A stretch of 64,000 nt of DNA from an uncultured virus (IMG/VR IMGVR_UViG_3300010262_000280). Taxonomy: Duplodnaviria > Heunggongvirae > Uroviricota > Caudoviricetes. The DNA lies in IMG/VR virus record IMGVR_UViG_3300010262_000280. One strand, given 5' to 3'. This document shows positions 1 through 7,442 of the stretch, piece by piece. Under the pieces are notes generated by a model that worked only from the letters and a program-made list of their open reading frames with translations, searched no databases and was not told the DNA's origin. Made by a program: the position numbers and the translations under genes. The stretch's first letter is position 1. Each line of letters starts with the position of its first letter.

Positions 1-243
1 TCATTCGCCCGGGGCCTTTTCTTTTTCCTCAACATCAATGATGATCTGCTGACCGTCTGGCATAATAAACGCCAGTTTGCAGCCGCAGAATTCCGCAGCC
101 TTTGCGAGATCGTTGGCAGACCAACTCCCGCGATTCATCTTGTTTCCCATCGTTTGCTTGCTCATTCCGAAGCTTGCAGCCATGTCGACCTGCTTCTTGC
201 CGCAGAGAGCCAGCAGCCCCTTTACCTTGTCCGATACCGACAC
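1..243 (-). CDS. HTH (XRE-like) transcriptional regulator
   Basis: KKQVDMAASFGMSKQTMGNKMNRGSW HTH pattern; AAGGAG RBS; own promoter at 272-300. Start could be 243 or 252. Confidence 0.75.
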   Translation of the reverse strand: MSVSDKVKGLLALCGKKQVDMAASFGMSKQTMGNKMNRGSWSANDLAKAAEFCGCKLAFIMPDGQQIIIDVEEKEKAPGE

Positions 244-271
244 AATATGCACTCTCCTTTCTGTACTTCAC

Positions 272-300
272 ATAGTACATCAAAAGAGTGGACTTGTCAA
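272..300 (-). promoter_or_regulatory. Sigma-A type promoter for HTH gene
   Basis: TTGACA(300-295)-17 nt-TACTAT(277-272). Confidence 0.75.
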
Positions 301-343
301 CTAAAAAAGTTTGAAAATAAATCAAAAAAGTTTATCAAAACCA

Positions 344-372
344 TTGACAAGTAAATCAAAATGGTGTACTAT
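344..372 (+). promoter_or_regulatory. Sigma-A type promoter for small-gene island
   Basis: TTGACA(344-349)-17 nt-TACTAT(367-372). Confidence 0.8.
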
Positions 373-430
373 ATACTCGTAAGGCAGAGGTCGAAAGCCT
401 CTTACGAAAGGAAGTGAGGACTTGGACGAG

Positions 431-547
431 ATGACAACCGCCGAGCTCAATCAGTTCTTAGAGAACATCGCAAAGCTGATTGAAGCAACCGCCGACGACC
501 CGGCTACCGCCGCAAAGATCGTGCGAGATAGCAAGGTCAAGGCATAA
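431..547 (+). CDS. Small hypothetical protein, 38 aa (MTTAELNQFLENIAKLIEA...), not in ORF track
   Basis: Read by hand; upstream GAAAGGAAGTGAGG RBS; TTG at 422 is an in-frame alternative start. Confidence 0.6.
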   Translation: MTTAELNQFLENIAKLIEATADDPATAAKIVRDSKVKA

Positions 548-656
548 AAAGAGTAGCGACCCCCGCTAAAGCGCCGCTACTCAAACACCCCGAAAGGCGA
601 GCGGGAAGCCTTACTCCCGCCGCCTTGATTATAACCGAGTAAGGCAGAAAAATCAA
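545..656 (-). ncRNA. Putative antisense sRNA unit (promoter plus intrinsic terminator)
   Basis: TTGATT(656-651)-17-TATAAT(633-628); hairpin GAGTAGCG 582-575 / CGCTACTC 558-551 followed by TTTTT on the - strand. Confidence 0.5.
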
Positions 657-669
657 GGAGGAACGCAAG

Positions 670-1089
670 ATGAAGGTCAATATCACCGAAGAAATCCGGC
701 AGGAGATTTTGGATACACTCAACAGAGATACCGCAAAGGAATACTTTGAAAAGCTCCGCGACACGGAGAAGAACCCCACTCGCGGACAGGTTTACGCATA
801 CCGGAGCTGGGAGCAGAGCACGGAAGACCGAGCCGATATGTTTGAGGTCAGAGCGCTTCCATGGGGCAGTCAGATTAAGGACGGCGTGATGAAAGAATTC
901 GTTGCTGCATTAACCGCAGCTGATATTGACGAGATTATCGTCACAGATCAGTCAACCGCGCTCATGGAAAGTGTCCACGCCTTGGTAGCCGAGGGCGCGT
1001 ATCTGGAGGGTGTCGGAACTGTTACCCGCGATCCACTGCACGATCCATCAGGCCGCCGCGAGGTCAAAGGGCTGGTATTCAGATTTTGA
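670..1089 (+). CDS. Hypothetical phage protein (139 aa)
   Basis: AAGGAGG RBS; operon context. Confidence 0.7.
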   Translation: MKVNITEEIRQEILDTLNRDTAKEYFEKLRDTEKNPTRGQVYAYRSWEQSTEDRADMFEVRALPWGSQIKDGVMKEFVAALTAADIDEIIVTDQSTALMESVHALVAEGAYLEGVGTVTRDPLHDPSGRREVKGLVFRF

Positions 1090-1105
1090 GAAAGGAGCGC
1101 CGACA

Positions 1106-1306
1106 ATGAAAAAGCTGATTTGTTCTACTTTCCGCGAAGGTTACGGCATCGACCAGATCCGCAGAACGATGACGGCCGGCGAGCTGATTAACTTCCTCGC
1201 CCAGTACGATGAAGATACGCCGGTCTATCTGAGTTTTGACAACGGCTACACCTACGGCGGCATTACCGAGGGCCGCTTTGAAGAAGACTATGGGGAGGAG
1301 GACTAA
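1106..1306 (+). CDS. Small acidic hypothetical protein (66 aa)
   Basis: AAAGGAG RBS before ATG 1106. Confidence 0.7.
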   Translation: MKKLICSTFREGYGIDQIRRTMTAGELINFLAQYDEDTPVYLSFDNGYTYGGITEGRFEEDYGEED

Positions 1307-1308
1307 CC

Positions 1309-1539
1309 ATGAACAAGATCCGCCGCAAAAATTTGCAAAGCATCATCGACCAGCTGGAGGAGCTGAAGGGCAGTCTCGAAGATCTCCAGGCCGAGGAGGA
1401 AGAGTACCGCGACAATATCCCTGAGAATATGCAGGAGAGCGAACGCTATGAAAAGGCAGACGAGGCCTGCGACAACCTCTCCGCAGCCGTAGATAACCTG
1501 GAGGAAGTCATCAGCAGTATCGAAGCTGCCATTGAGTGA
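1309..1539 (+). CDS. Small highly acidic helical protein (76 aa)
   Basis: GGAGG RBS; E/D-rich. Confidence 0.75.
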   Translation: MNKIRRKNLQSIIDQLEELKGSLEDLQAEEEEYRDNIPENMQESERYEKADEACDNLSAAVDNLEEVISSIEAAIE

Positions 1540-1550
1540 GAGGAGCGAGC

Positions 1551-1706
1551 ATGGACGATAAAATCATCATCGACCGCATGGACGCGGAAGAATTTCTTTC
1601 GATGCTCATGGACGCTGCCAAGCAGGACAACCCGACCCGTTACTACAGCGCCGCCCAGGTCATCGAAAATATTGCCAATGACTTCAAAGACCTCTGCAAA
1701 CTGTAA
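1551..1706 (+). CDS. Small hypothetical protein, 51 aa (MDDKIIIDRMDAEEFLSML...), not in ORF track
   Basis: GAGGAG RBS; read by hand. Confidence 0.6.
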   Translation: MDDKIIIDRMDAEEFLSMLMDAAKQDNPTRYYSAAQVIENIANDFKDLCKL

Positions 1707-1750
1707 ATCAAGGCTGGCCTATCGGCGTGACGGGGAGAAAGAGTATCGCA

Positions 1751-2008
1751 ATGGAAAAGAAAGATTTGACCTTTACATTTGACCCCAATGATTTCGACGG
1801 TATGTGTGAGCTGATGGACAAGTATGGCGAAAGCGACACGATGTTCATGGGCGTCAATACTGAATTTGAGGAAACGGAAATTTCCATCTTTCCCGATAAA
1901 ATCGTCTATGCGACTTACCAGCACAACGGCTGGAAGCGTGAGAATGTCTACTGGCGCGACGGTACTCGCGAAGAAACATTCAAGGGCCGTTGGAAGTCCA
2001 GAAATTAA
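1751..2008 (+). CDS. Hypothetical protein (85 aa)
   Basis: Operon context; acidic. Confidence 0.65.
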   Translation: MEKKDLTFTFDPNDFDGMCELMDKYGESDTMFMGVNTEFEETEISIFPDKIVYATYQHNGWKRENVYWRDGTREETFKGRWKSRN

Positions 2009-2024
2009 CATGAGGAGGTACGCC

Positions 2025-2468
2025 ATGGAGAACAGGTTTTGGACGGTCACCTATCGCAATCGTGACAACGACCAGCGGATCACCGCCGCCGTATTCGCGG
2101 CAGATCAGCGGCAGGCGCAGGAAAAGGCTCAAGCCGATGGCCGGATCGACGACCGCGAGGTGTGGGAAATCGAGAGCGTCGAGCCACACGAGAAAACGCT
2201 GGCGCGGATTCTCGTTGCTGAATTCAGCAAGAAGCAGCAGGGCGGGCATTTTGCCTGCCCCCGCTGTGGGAAGATGACGATGGACGCGGAGAGTGTCACG
2301 CGCAACGCTCTAAGCCGAAGGGTATCGGTCTATATCTGTGATGCCTGCGGAATGCAGGAGGCCTTGGAGGACATGATGGACAGCATAACTCCGCTGACCG
2401 CATGGGCTCTCGTCGCCGCACCAGAAAACTGGCGCATGGGGGAAGGAGGCAGTGAGCGTGAAGCGTGA
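2025..2468 (+). CDS. Hypothetical protein with Zn-ribbon (CPRC...CDAC)
   Basis: GAGGAGG RBS before ATG 2025; two CxxC motifs. Confidence 0.7.
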   Translation: MENRFWTVTYRNRDNDQRITAAVFAADQRQAQEKAQADGRIDDREVWEIESVEPHEKTLARILVAEFSKKQQGGHFACPRCGKMTMDAESVTRNALSRRVSVYICDACGMQEALEDMMDSITPLTAWALVAAPENWRMGEGGSEREA

Positions 2469-2616
2469 TGACGAGCTGATGTTCTACACAGAGTGCTGGC
2501 GGGAACTGCGAAGCTTTCTATCAGAGGTCGTGCGGGACAACACAGGCGAATATCCCTTCGCACAGGATGTCTTGAATCTGATGCGCAGCATCGAACGAAA
2601 ATACGAGGGGTGCTGA
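2458..2616 (+). CDS. Small hypothetical protein (VKRDDELMFYTECWREL...), not in ORF track
   Basis: AAGGAGG RBS; fills the gap between neighbours; GTG start at 2452 or 2458. Confidence 0.55.
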   Translation: MKRDDELMFYTECWRELRSFLSEVVRDNTGEYPFAQDVLNLMRSIERKYEGC

Positions 2617-2617
2617 T

Positions 2618-2926
2618 ATGAGTAAATCTTGGACGCCCGAGGAGCTGGCCGCTGCCAGTGCCGCAATGAAAGCGGAGGGCCACATGAGCTACGAGGAGTT
2701 CTGCGCCGCGCCGGTGCTGCGGTTAGAGTACCGTGGCCGCGACAGCTGGGATCGCCCCGTCTACGAGTGCGATGGTCGGCTCTATGTCGATGTCGACCCG
2801 CGCCGGAGCAGACCGGCAGACATCTGCACGAAGCAGGGCAACGCCTTTGACGGTGAGCCCTGCGACCCTGTTCCGGAGGGAACGATCATTGAGTTCGTTC
2901 CGGAGCGGGATACATGGGATTTTTGA
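2618..2926 (+). CDS. Hypothetical protein (102 aa)
   Basis: Starts right after the upstream stop; GRDSWDRPVY motif. Confidence 0.65.
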   Translation: MSKSWTPEELAAASAAMKAEGHMSYEEFCAAPVLRLEYRGRDSWDRPVYECDGRLYVDVDPRRSRPADICTKQGNAFDGEPCDPVPEGTIIEFVPERDTWDF

Positions 2927-3076
2927 AAGGAAAGCGCAGCGGCCACGCGCAAGCACCTCTCTCGCCGCCGTAGGCGAGTTGCAACACCACCTTTGCGGCG
3001 TGGGAGGGTAGACGCCCACCCAAATGTGAAAAACGCTCCTGCGCCCCCGTAAACGCGAAAGCGCCAGAAAACAGAA

Positions 3077-3119
3077 AAAGCCCCCTCGACAGGACGGTAA
3101 AATCCTGCGAGGGGGCTTT
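3077..3119. terminator. Intrinsic terminator between convergent operons
   Basis: AAAGCCCCCTCG 3077-3088 / CGAGGGGGCTTT 3108-3119. Confidence 0.75.
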
Positions 3120-3136
3120 CATTGTGTGGGCGGTAT

Positions 3137-3469
3137 TCAGATGGCGGGGCTGTCGATACTGCCGTCGTCCTCCGTGTCGGTCCGGAAGTTGTTTGCCTTG
3201 GCTGCCTCAAAGGTGATCCCGCCGCGCTTGTGGTCGGACTTCGCAAGCGAGAGGTAGCCATTTGCTCCGGCGATGATGATTGCCTCGCCAACGCCGGTGG
3301 CGGCAGTAAGCCATGCAGCGGCGGCGGTGTAGCCGCTTTTGATGCACAGATACATGAGGAACAGGCATTCCTGAACGATCAGCAGACCGGCCAGCATCGC
3401 CAGCAGGCACACGACCTTGCTCCATTCGACCTTGCGCTTCTTCGCGGCTCTGCGCTTGCGCCTTGCCAT
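3137..3469 (-). CDS. Membrane protein of lysis module
   Basis: Two hydrophobic segments; TGATG overlap with the endolysin stop. Confidence 0.65.
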   Translation of the reverse strand: MARRKRRAAKKRKVEWSKVVCLLAMLAGLLIVQECLFLMYLCIKSGYTAAAAWLTAATGVGEAIIIAGANGYLSLAKSDHKRGGITFEAAKANNFRTDTEDDGSIDSPAI

Positions 3470-4254
3470 CAGTTCAGCCCAAACTTCTGGGCGAAGCGGT
3501 AGAGGACGGTCACCAGCTGCTCGCGGGTCATCATGTCCTCCCACATTCCATTGAACTCATCGGAGTTGCCGCCGCGAATGATGCCGTTATCCACGGCCCA
3601 TTTACGCGCTTCCTCCGAGTAGGCGGAAGCATCGTTGTCCTGAAGCTCCTTGCGCATCTCACGCCAAAGCTCCTTGAATTTGTTGATATCCATATCGTCA
3701 TCCTCCTCGTCCATGCCTGCGGAAAGCCGGGCTGTCACCTTTTCGGCGAGGTCGCCCATGCGGGCGTACATCCAGTTCCCGGGGCAGCTTTTGTTGGCAA
3801 ACCAGCGGTGTACGGTCAGCACCATCTCGTCCGGTGCAGGGGTGTAGGCGAGCGTCTTGTCCTTATCCTCCAGCCAGAGCAGCTTGGTCTTGCCGTTGCG
3901 CTTACAGATGTCGACGCAAAGCGTAATGAGGGACTGATAGACCACATCGCGGAATGCGTACGGCTCTGCGCCATCGGACGCACATTCGATAGTCACCGCC
4001 CGCTGGTCGTTTGCATTGCTGGAGGAACACCAGGATCGGTTTTTCTCCTCGACATACATACCGACGCGGCCGTCCGCGCCGATCCCGTAATTGCAGCTCG
4101 CCTCTCTGGAGGCAGGGAGGAAGATATCTCCCAACCGCTCCACGCTGCACTGGCCCACTACGCAGTGTGGCGTAATGCGGTCGATCTTACGGGTCCTCTG
4201 CCCGGAGTGATTCGGGCTGAGCTTTGTGTAGCTGACAAGAGGGCTATTGCTCAT
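3469..4254 (-). CDS. Endolysin, N-acetylmuramoyl-L-alanine amidase (Amidase_2) with SLH-like C-terminus
   Basis: ITPHCVVG, ASCNYGIG, VTIEC, HRWFANKSCPG motifs; AVDNGII...MTREQLVTVLYR. Confidence 0.9.
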   Translation of the reverse strand: MSNSPLVSYTKLSPNHSGQRTRKIDRITPHCVVGQCSVERLGDIFLPASREASCNYGIGADGRVGMYVEEKNRSWCSSSNANDQRAVTIECASDGAEPYAFRDVVYQSLITLCVDICKRNGKTKLLWLEDKDKTLAYTPAPDEMVLTVHRWFANKSCPGNWMYARMGDLAEKVTARLSAGMDEEDDDMDINKFKELWREMRKELQDNDASAYSEEARKWAVDNGIIRGGNSDEFNGMWEDMMTREQLVTVLYRFAQKFGLN

Positions 4255-4257
4255 AGG

Positions 4258-4668
4258 TCATTCCTCCTCGGGGGCGGTATGGTCTTCCTTGCTCTTACCG
4301 GCAGGCAGCGCAGCAGGCGCCGCGTCCGCCCCGGGTGTCGCGGTAGAGAGCATATCTTTCAGCTTTTTCAGTACATCAACGGCATAAGCGGTAAAGGCTG
4401 CCAGCATAGCCAGCGATACCGCTGTCATCAGGTTTACGGTCTGCCCATCGACCTCCACCACCATCAGATCGGGGTTAAGGTATCCGGCGAAGTAGACCGC
4501 GACCAGCGCCGCTGCCACAACTGCACTCTTGATGCAGCCGTTGCGGAACTTCGTCTGGTCCCATTCTCCATCAATGATGGCATTGATGGAGCCGAGGGCA
4601 ATGTTCGCGGCAATCAGCAGCACAAGCCCTGCGGCCAGGCGGATGATCGTCATATCCAGCACGTTCAT
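4258..4668 (-). CDS. Holin-like membrane protein
   Basis: Three TM segments directly upstream of the endolysin. Confidence 0.7.
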   Translation of the reverse strand: MNVLDMTIIRLAAGLVLLIAANIALGSINAIIDGEWDQTKFRNGCIKSAVVAAALVAVYFAGYLNPDLMVVEVDGQTVNLMTAVSLAMLAAFTAYAVDVLKKLKDMLSTATPGADAAPAALPAGKSKEDHTAPEEE

Positions 4669-4680
4669 TGTGAGTCCTCC

Positions 4681-5106
4681 TTACTGCAAAAAGTCGTTGC
4701 TGTCCAAGCACCGGCGATATATTGTCTTGATTCGGTCGCTGGTCAGCTCTGTTACATTGTTTTCAAACTCCGGGTGATCCTCGCAGTATCGTTCGTAGGC
4801 GGCGATGTCCCGGAGCGTTTGGTCGAAATGATCTTTGGTGTGGCGCTCGCCGTGGAGACATTCATCGCCGAAGCGTAGAATGCGCGCCCGGCAGTTGACG
4901 GCCTTTTCCTCGGCCATGCCAGACCGAACGCACTGCAGCTCGCTTTCGAGCTTTCCGACCTTCTCCAAGACCTCGCTGTTGATAGCGCGCCCGAAAGCCT
5001 TTGCTATTGCAGACCACGGATTGATTTTGATGGGGGCGAGCTGGAGCAGCGTCAGCAGCACAAACAGCGCACTTCCCCCACCAAACAAAATCTCCTTGAG
5101 CGTCAT
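4681..5106 (-). CDS. Conserved lysis-region protein (N-terminal TM + coiled coil)
   Basis: IKINPWS motif; position. Confidence 0.65.
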   Translation of the reverse strand: MTLKEILFGGGSALFVLLTLLQLAPIKINPWSAIAKAFGRAINSEVLEKVGKLESELQCVRSGMAEEKAVNCRARILRFGDECLHGERHTKDHFDQTLRDIAAYERYCEDHPEFENNVTELTSDRIKTIYRRCLDSNDFLQ

Positions 5107-5135
5107 CTCTCAATCCTCCTCTGCGCGTGATAAGA

Positions 5136-5163
5136 AGGGCAGCCCCCGCAAAGGAGCTGCCCT
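5136..5163 (-). terminator. Hairpin/terminator after tail module
   Basis: AGGGCAGCTCC-TTTGCG-GGGGCTGCCCT then TCTT on the - strand. Confidence 0.5.
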
Positions 5164-5180
5164 CCGTATCAATGCCGTGG

Positions 5181-5297
5181 TCAGACGGTGACTTCGAGAT
5201 CTGCCAGGATCTCCTCGACCTGCTTCCGAATCAGGCTCGGAACCTGGTCGATGGTCTTCTTGCCCTTAACGATCAGGGTCGCGTAGACAACTGCCAT
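5181..5297 (-). CDS. CD1375/XkdX-like small tail-associated protein (38 aa), not in ORF track
   Basis: MAVVYATLIVKGKKTIDQVPSLIRKQVEEIL; AAGGAGG RBS. Confidence 0.75.
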   Translation of the reverse strand: MAVVYATLIVKGKKTIDQVPSLIRKQVEEILADLEVTV

Positions 5298-5350
5298 AAC
5301 TGCTACCTCCTTTCCCATCAGAATGTATAAAAGAAGGAGCCGAAGGCTTT

Positions 5351-5491
5351 TCATAAGCCCTCAGCTCCATTCTTGCTATTTTCGAGGATTTCCCGGACGG
5401 CTGCTTGCAGCGGATCGGGAACTTCCTCAATCGTCTTTTTCCCTTTGCGGATCAGGTCTGCGTAGACCTTCACCATGTAATTGCTCGCCAT
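5351..5491 (-). CDS. Second CD1375/XkdX-like small protein (46 aa), not in ORF track
   Basis: MASNYMVKVYADLIRKGKKTIEEVPDPLQAAVREIL; GGAGG RBS. Confidence 0.75.
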   Translation of the reverse strand: MASNYMVKVYADLIRKGKKTIEEVPDPLQAAVREILENSKNGAEGL

Positions 5492-5494
5492 CGG

Positions 5495-5917
5495 TTACTC
5501 GCCTCCTGTTGTAGATGTCACGGCGACGATCTGTTCGTAGACATCGCATAGCGCCATCTGCGTATCGGTGACCTGCCCCTCAAGGCTCGTCACCTTTTCC
5601 GTCAATGCCGCCTTGTCGGTCTCCAGGTCGGCTACCTGCTGCTGCAGGGAGGGGATCGTCTTGCCCTCCGCCTCGTGCAGCTTGGCTTGCGCCAGATAAC
5701 CGGCATAGTTGCCGAGGATGTCTTCACTCAGGCCGTCGTACATATTCAGCTCCAGGTGATATTCGTCGTACACCCACCCGCTGATGGTCAGCTCGTCCCG
5801 TTTTTCCTCAAACGGCTCGGCGTTCTCATAGAAGCGTACCAGGGCTACCCCCGGCTTATTAGGCTGCTCCTCCAGCGAGAATGCGTTGCTGGGCGCGTTG
5901 TCGCCTCTTACTCTCAT
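5495..5917 (-). CDS. Tail-fibre-associated coiled-coil protein (XkdW-like position)
   Basis: C-terminal coiled coil ending TQMALCDVYE, followed by XkdX-like genes; overlaps the RT 3' end by 59 nt. Confidence 0.65.
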   Translation of the reverse strand: MRVRGDNAPSNAFSLEEQPNKPGVALVRFYENAEPFEEKRDELTISGWVYDEYHLELNMYDGLSEDILGNYAGYLAQAKLHEAEGKTIPSLQQQVADLETDKAALTEKVTSLEGQVTDTQMALCDVYEQIVAVTSTTGGE

Positions 5918-6956
5918 TTCGCACGACCTCCTTCAGATGTTTTACTCCAATCGGGTCAATGTACTTCACCCGAATTGTATGACTATTGCAGTGTTTCAGT
6001 TGCCCGGCGCGGCTCAGCAGCCCGGAGGCCTGGGCGAACATGATAGGCTTTCCGGCATCAAGCCGCTTTTTGACGCGGCGGCATTGCCGGGTGAAGCGCA
6101 GGAAATTCCGCTTGCGCAGAATAACATGAGTGCGGGAAAAGCGATAGCCGACCGCGCTCACCATGCGCTTTGCCGTGGGATAGATCTGCCAGTTCGCTTT
6201 CATGGACAGGCCGAGCCGCTGCTGCATGAACGCGGCGATCAACTTCCGCGCCTTGTGCAGCTGCTTCTTATTCGGCCCGAGCAGGGTGATGTTGTCCATG
6301 TAGCGGGTCATATACTTCACGCCCGGCAGCGTCATGATGTACTGGTCCAGAGGCTCCAGGTAGAAGTTCGCCAGCCATTGGCAGATGTAATACCCGATAG
6401 CCAGCCCGCCGCCGCAGGATTCGATGATGGAATAGACCGTCCGCAGAAAGCGCTTGTCCTTGATCTTCCGCGCCAGCGCCCAGATCAGCCGCTTGCCGGA
6501 GATGCTGGGGTAATACTGTGCGACGTCCAGCTCAGCGGCGTACTTCGTCCCCTTCGGGTCGTTGCGGAGCGCGCCGCGGATCTTCTTGTGGATTCGCTTT
6601 CCACCACGTCCGGGAATCGACGCGCAGGACCACGGGTGCATCCCGCGCATAAGCACCGGCTTCATGGCCGTCACCAGCATCCACTGGATCACGCCGTCCG
6701 GCCAGAACGGGACCATCTTGATCTTTCGGAACTTCTCGCTGCTCTCGTCGTAGATCTCACGCACTTTCGGCGCGGATGGCACAAAGCTCTCCGTTGCAAC
6801 AAGCTCGTAGGTCTTTTCGACGTATCCGTCAAGGTCCGCCAGTACGCGGGCGATGTCTCGCCTGTTCCGACGTCCCTTAGCCGCCTCCTGTATGACGCTG
6901 CGGATAAAGTCCCGGTCAACCATCTTGTCGTAGAGATAGCCGATTCGTTTCGGCAT
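5859..6956 (-). CDS. DGR reverse transcriptase (atypical YMDN motif)
   Basis: MPKRIGYLY N-terminus, ASIPGRG, ELDVAQYYPSI, LAIGYYICQWLANFYL, RYMDN, VGYRF; adjacent TR/VR pair. Confidence 0.93.
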   Translation of the reverse strand: MPKRIGYLYDKMVDRDFIRSVIQEAAKGRRNRRDIARVLADLDGYVEKTYELVATESFVPSAPKVREIYDESSEKFRKIKMVPFWPDGVIQWMLVTAMKPVLMRGMHPWSCASIPGRGGKRIHKKIRGALRNDPKGTKYAAELDVAQYYPSISGKRLIWALARKIKDKRFLRTVYSIIESCGGGLAIGYYICQWLANFYLEPLDQYIMTLPGVKYMTRYMDNITLLGPNKKQLHKARKLIAAFMQQRLGLSMKANWQIYPTAKRMVSAVGYRFSRTHVILRKRNFLRFTRQCRRVKKRLDAGKPIMFAQASGLLSRAGQLKHCNSHTIRVKYIDPIGVKHLKEVVRNESKRRQRAQQRILAGGAA

Positions 6957-7082
6957 AGGATTTTCCCTCCGTCCTTGTTTGCCTGCGAGATCGTTCGAGC
7001 CGAAGCCTACTAAACCCCGTCCTATGCGGCAATATTTTCACCAAGCGGTGAGGGAAAGCCCGCGCCAGTCAAAAAGAAAAAC
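6957..7082 (-). ncRNA. DGR spacer (3' part of the TR RNA) between TR and RT
   Basis: Non-coding segment in the position of the DGR Sp region; contains CTCACCGCTTGGTGA hairpin. Confidence 0.55.
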
Positions 7083-7221
7083 AAGTAGTCGCGCGCCGAC
7101 GTTGGAGTTCGTGTCGGAAGACGAGTTGTTCGCGTTGAAGTAGAAAAGGCCGGCATTGCCGCCGTTGTTCCAGTTGCCACCGACGTGGAGGACACGCCAG
7201 CCAGAGTTGTAGTTGGCGTAG
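7083..7221 (-). repeat. DGR template repeat (TR), 139 nt
   Basis: Aligns ungapped to 7455-7593 (offset 372); 11 AAY codons and 30 adenines on the coding strand. Confidence 0.97.
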
Positions 7222-7340
7222 AAATCAAGCCCTCGGCGCATGGCGCAGACAGTCCCGGAGATAATTATACCTCCGGCCTGCCACGCATACGGAAAAACGG
7301 GAGAAAATAACAGAATACGTTATTTTCAAAAATCGTGTCG

Positions 7341-7357
7341 ACGGGGCTTCGCCCCGT
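7341..7357 (-). promoter_or_regulatory. DGR hairpin 2 (7-bp stem, GAA loop)
   Basis: ACGGGGC-GAA-GCCCCGT on the - strand. Confidence 0.65.
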
Positions 7358-7415
7358 ACCCCATTCAGCTTTTGGGCTTGCGCTCATGCCGCCAGATAGT
7401 GCAGGCGGGAAAGCT

Positions 7416-7435
7416 CCGGGGGCTGCGGCCCCCGG
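7416..7435 (-). promoter_or_regulatory. DGR target-recognition hairpin 1 (8-bp GC stem, 4-nt loop)
   Basis: CCGGGGGC-CGCA-GCCCCCGG immediately downstream of the VR/stop codon. Confidence 0.8.
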
Positions 7436-7442
7436 TCCCCCA

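Noticed and set aside
5495..5917. 140-aa ORF after RT as the Avd accessory protein
   Set aside because: Beta-rich N-half plus a single coiled coil, followed by XkdX-like genes, fits a tail-fibre-associated protein; acidic, unlike basic Avd. Not fully excluded without a structure search.
5859..6956. RT as group II intron, retron or Abi/DRT defence RT
   Set aside because: The adjacent TR/VR pair with adenine-only differences and the ~365-aa size identify it as DGR-type
7022..7241. ORFs 7038-7241 and 7022-7228 (Asn-rich peptide similar to the fibre C-terminus)
   Set aside because: These are translations of the TR itself; TR is a non-coding template and is too short and dissimilar to be Avd
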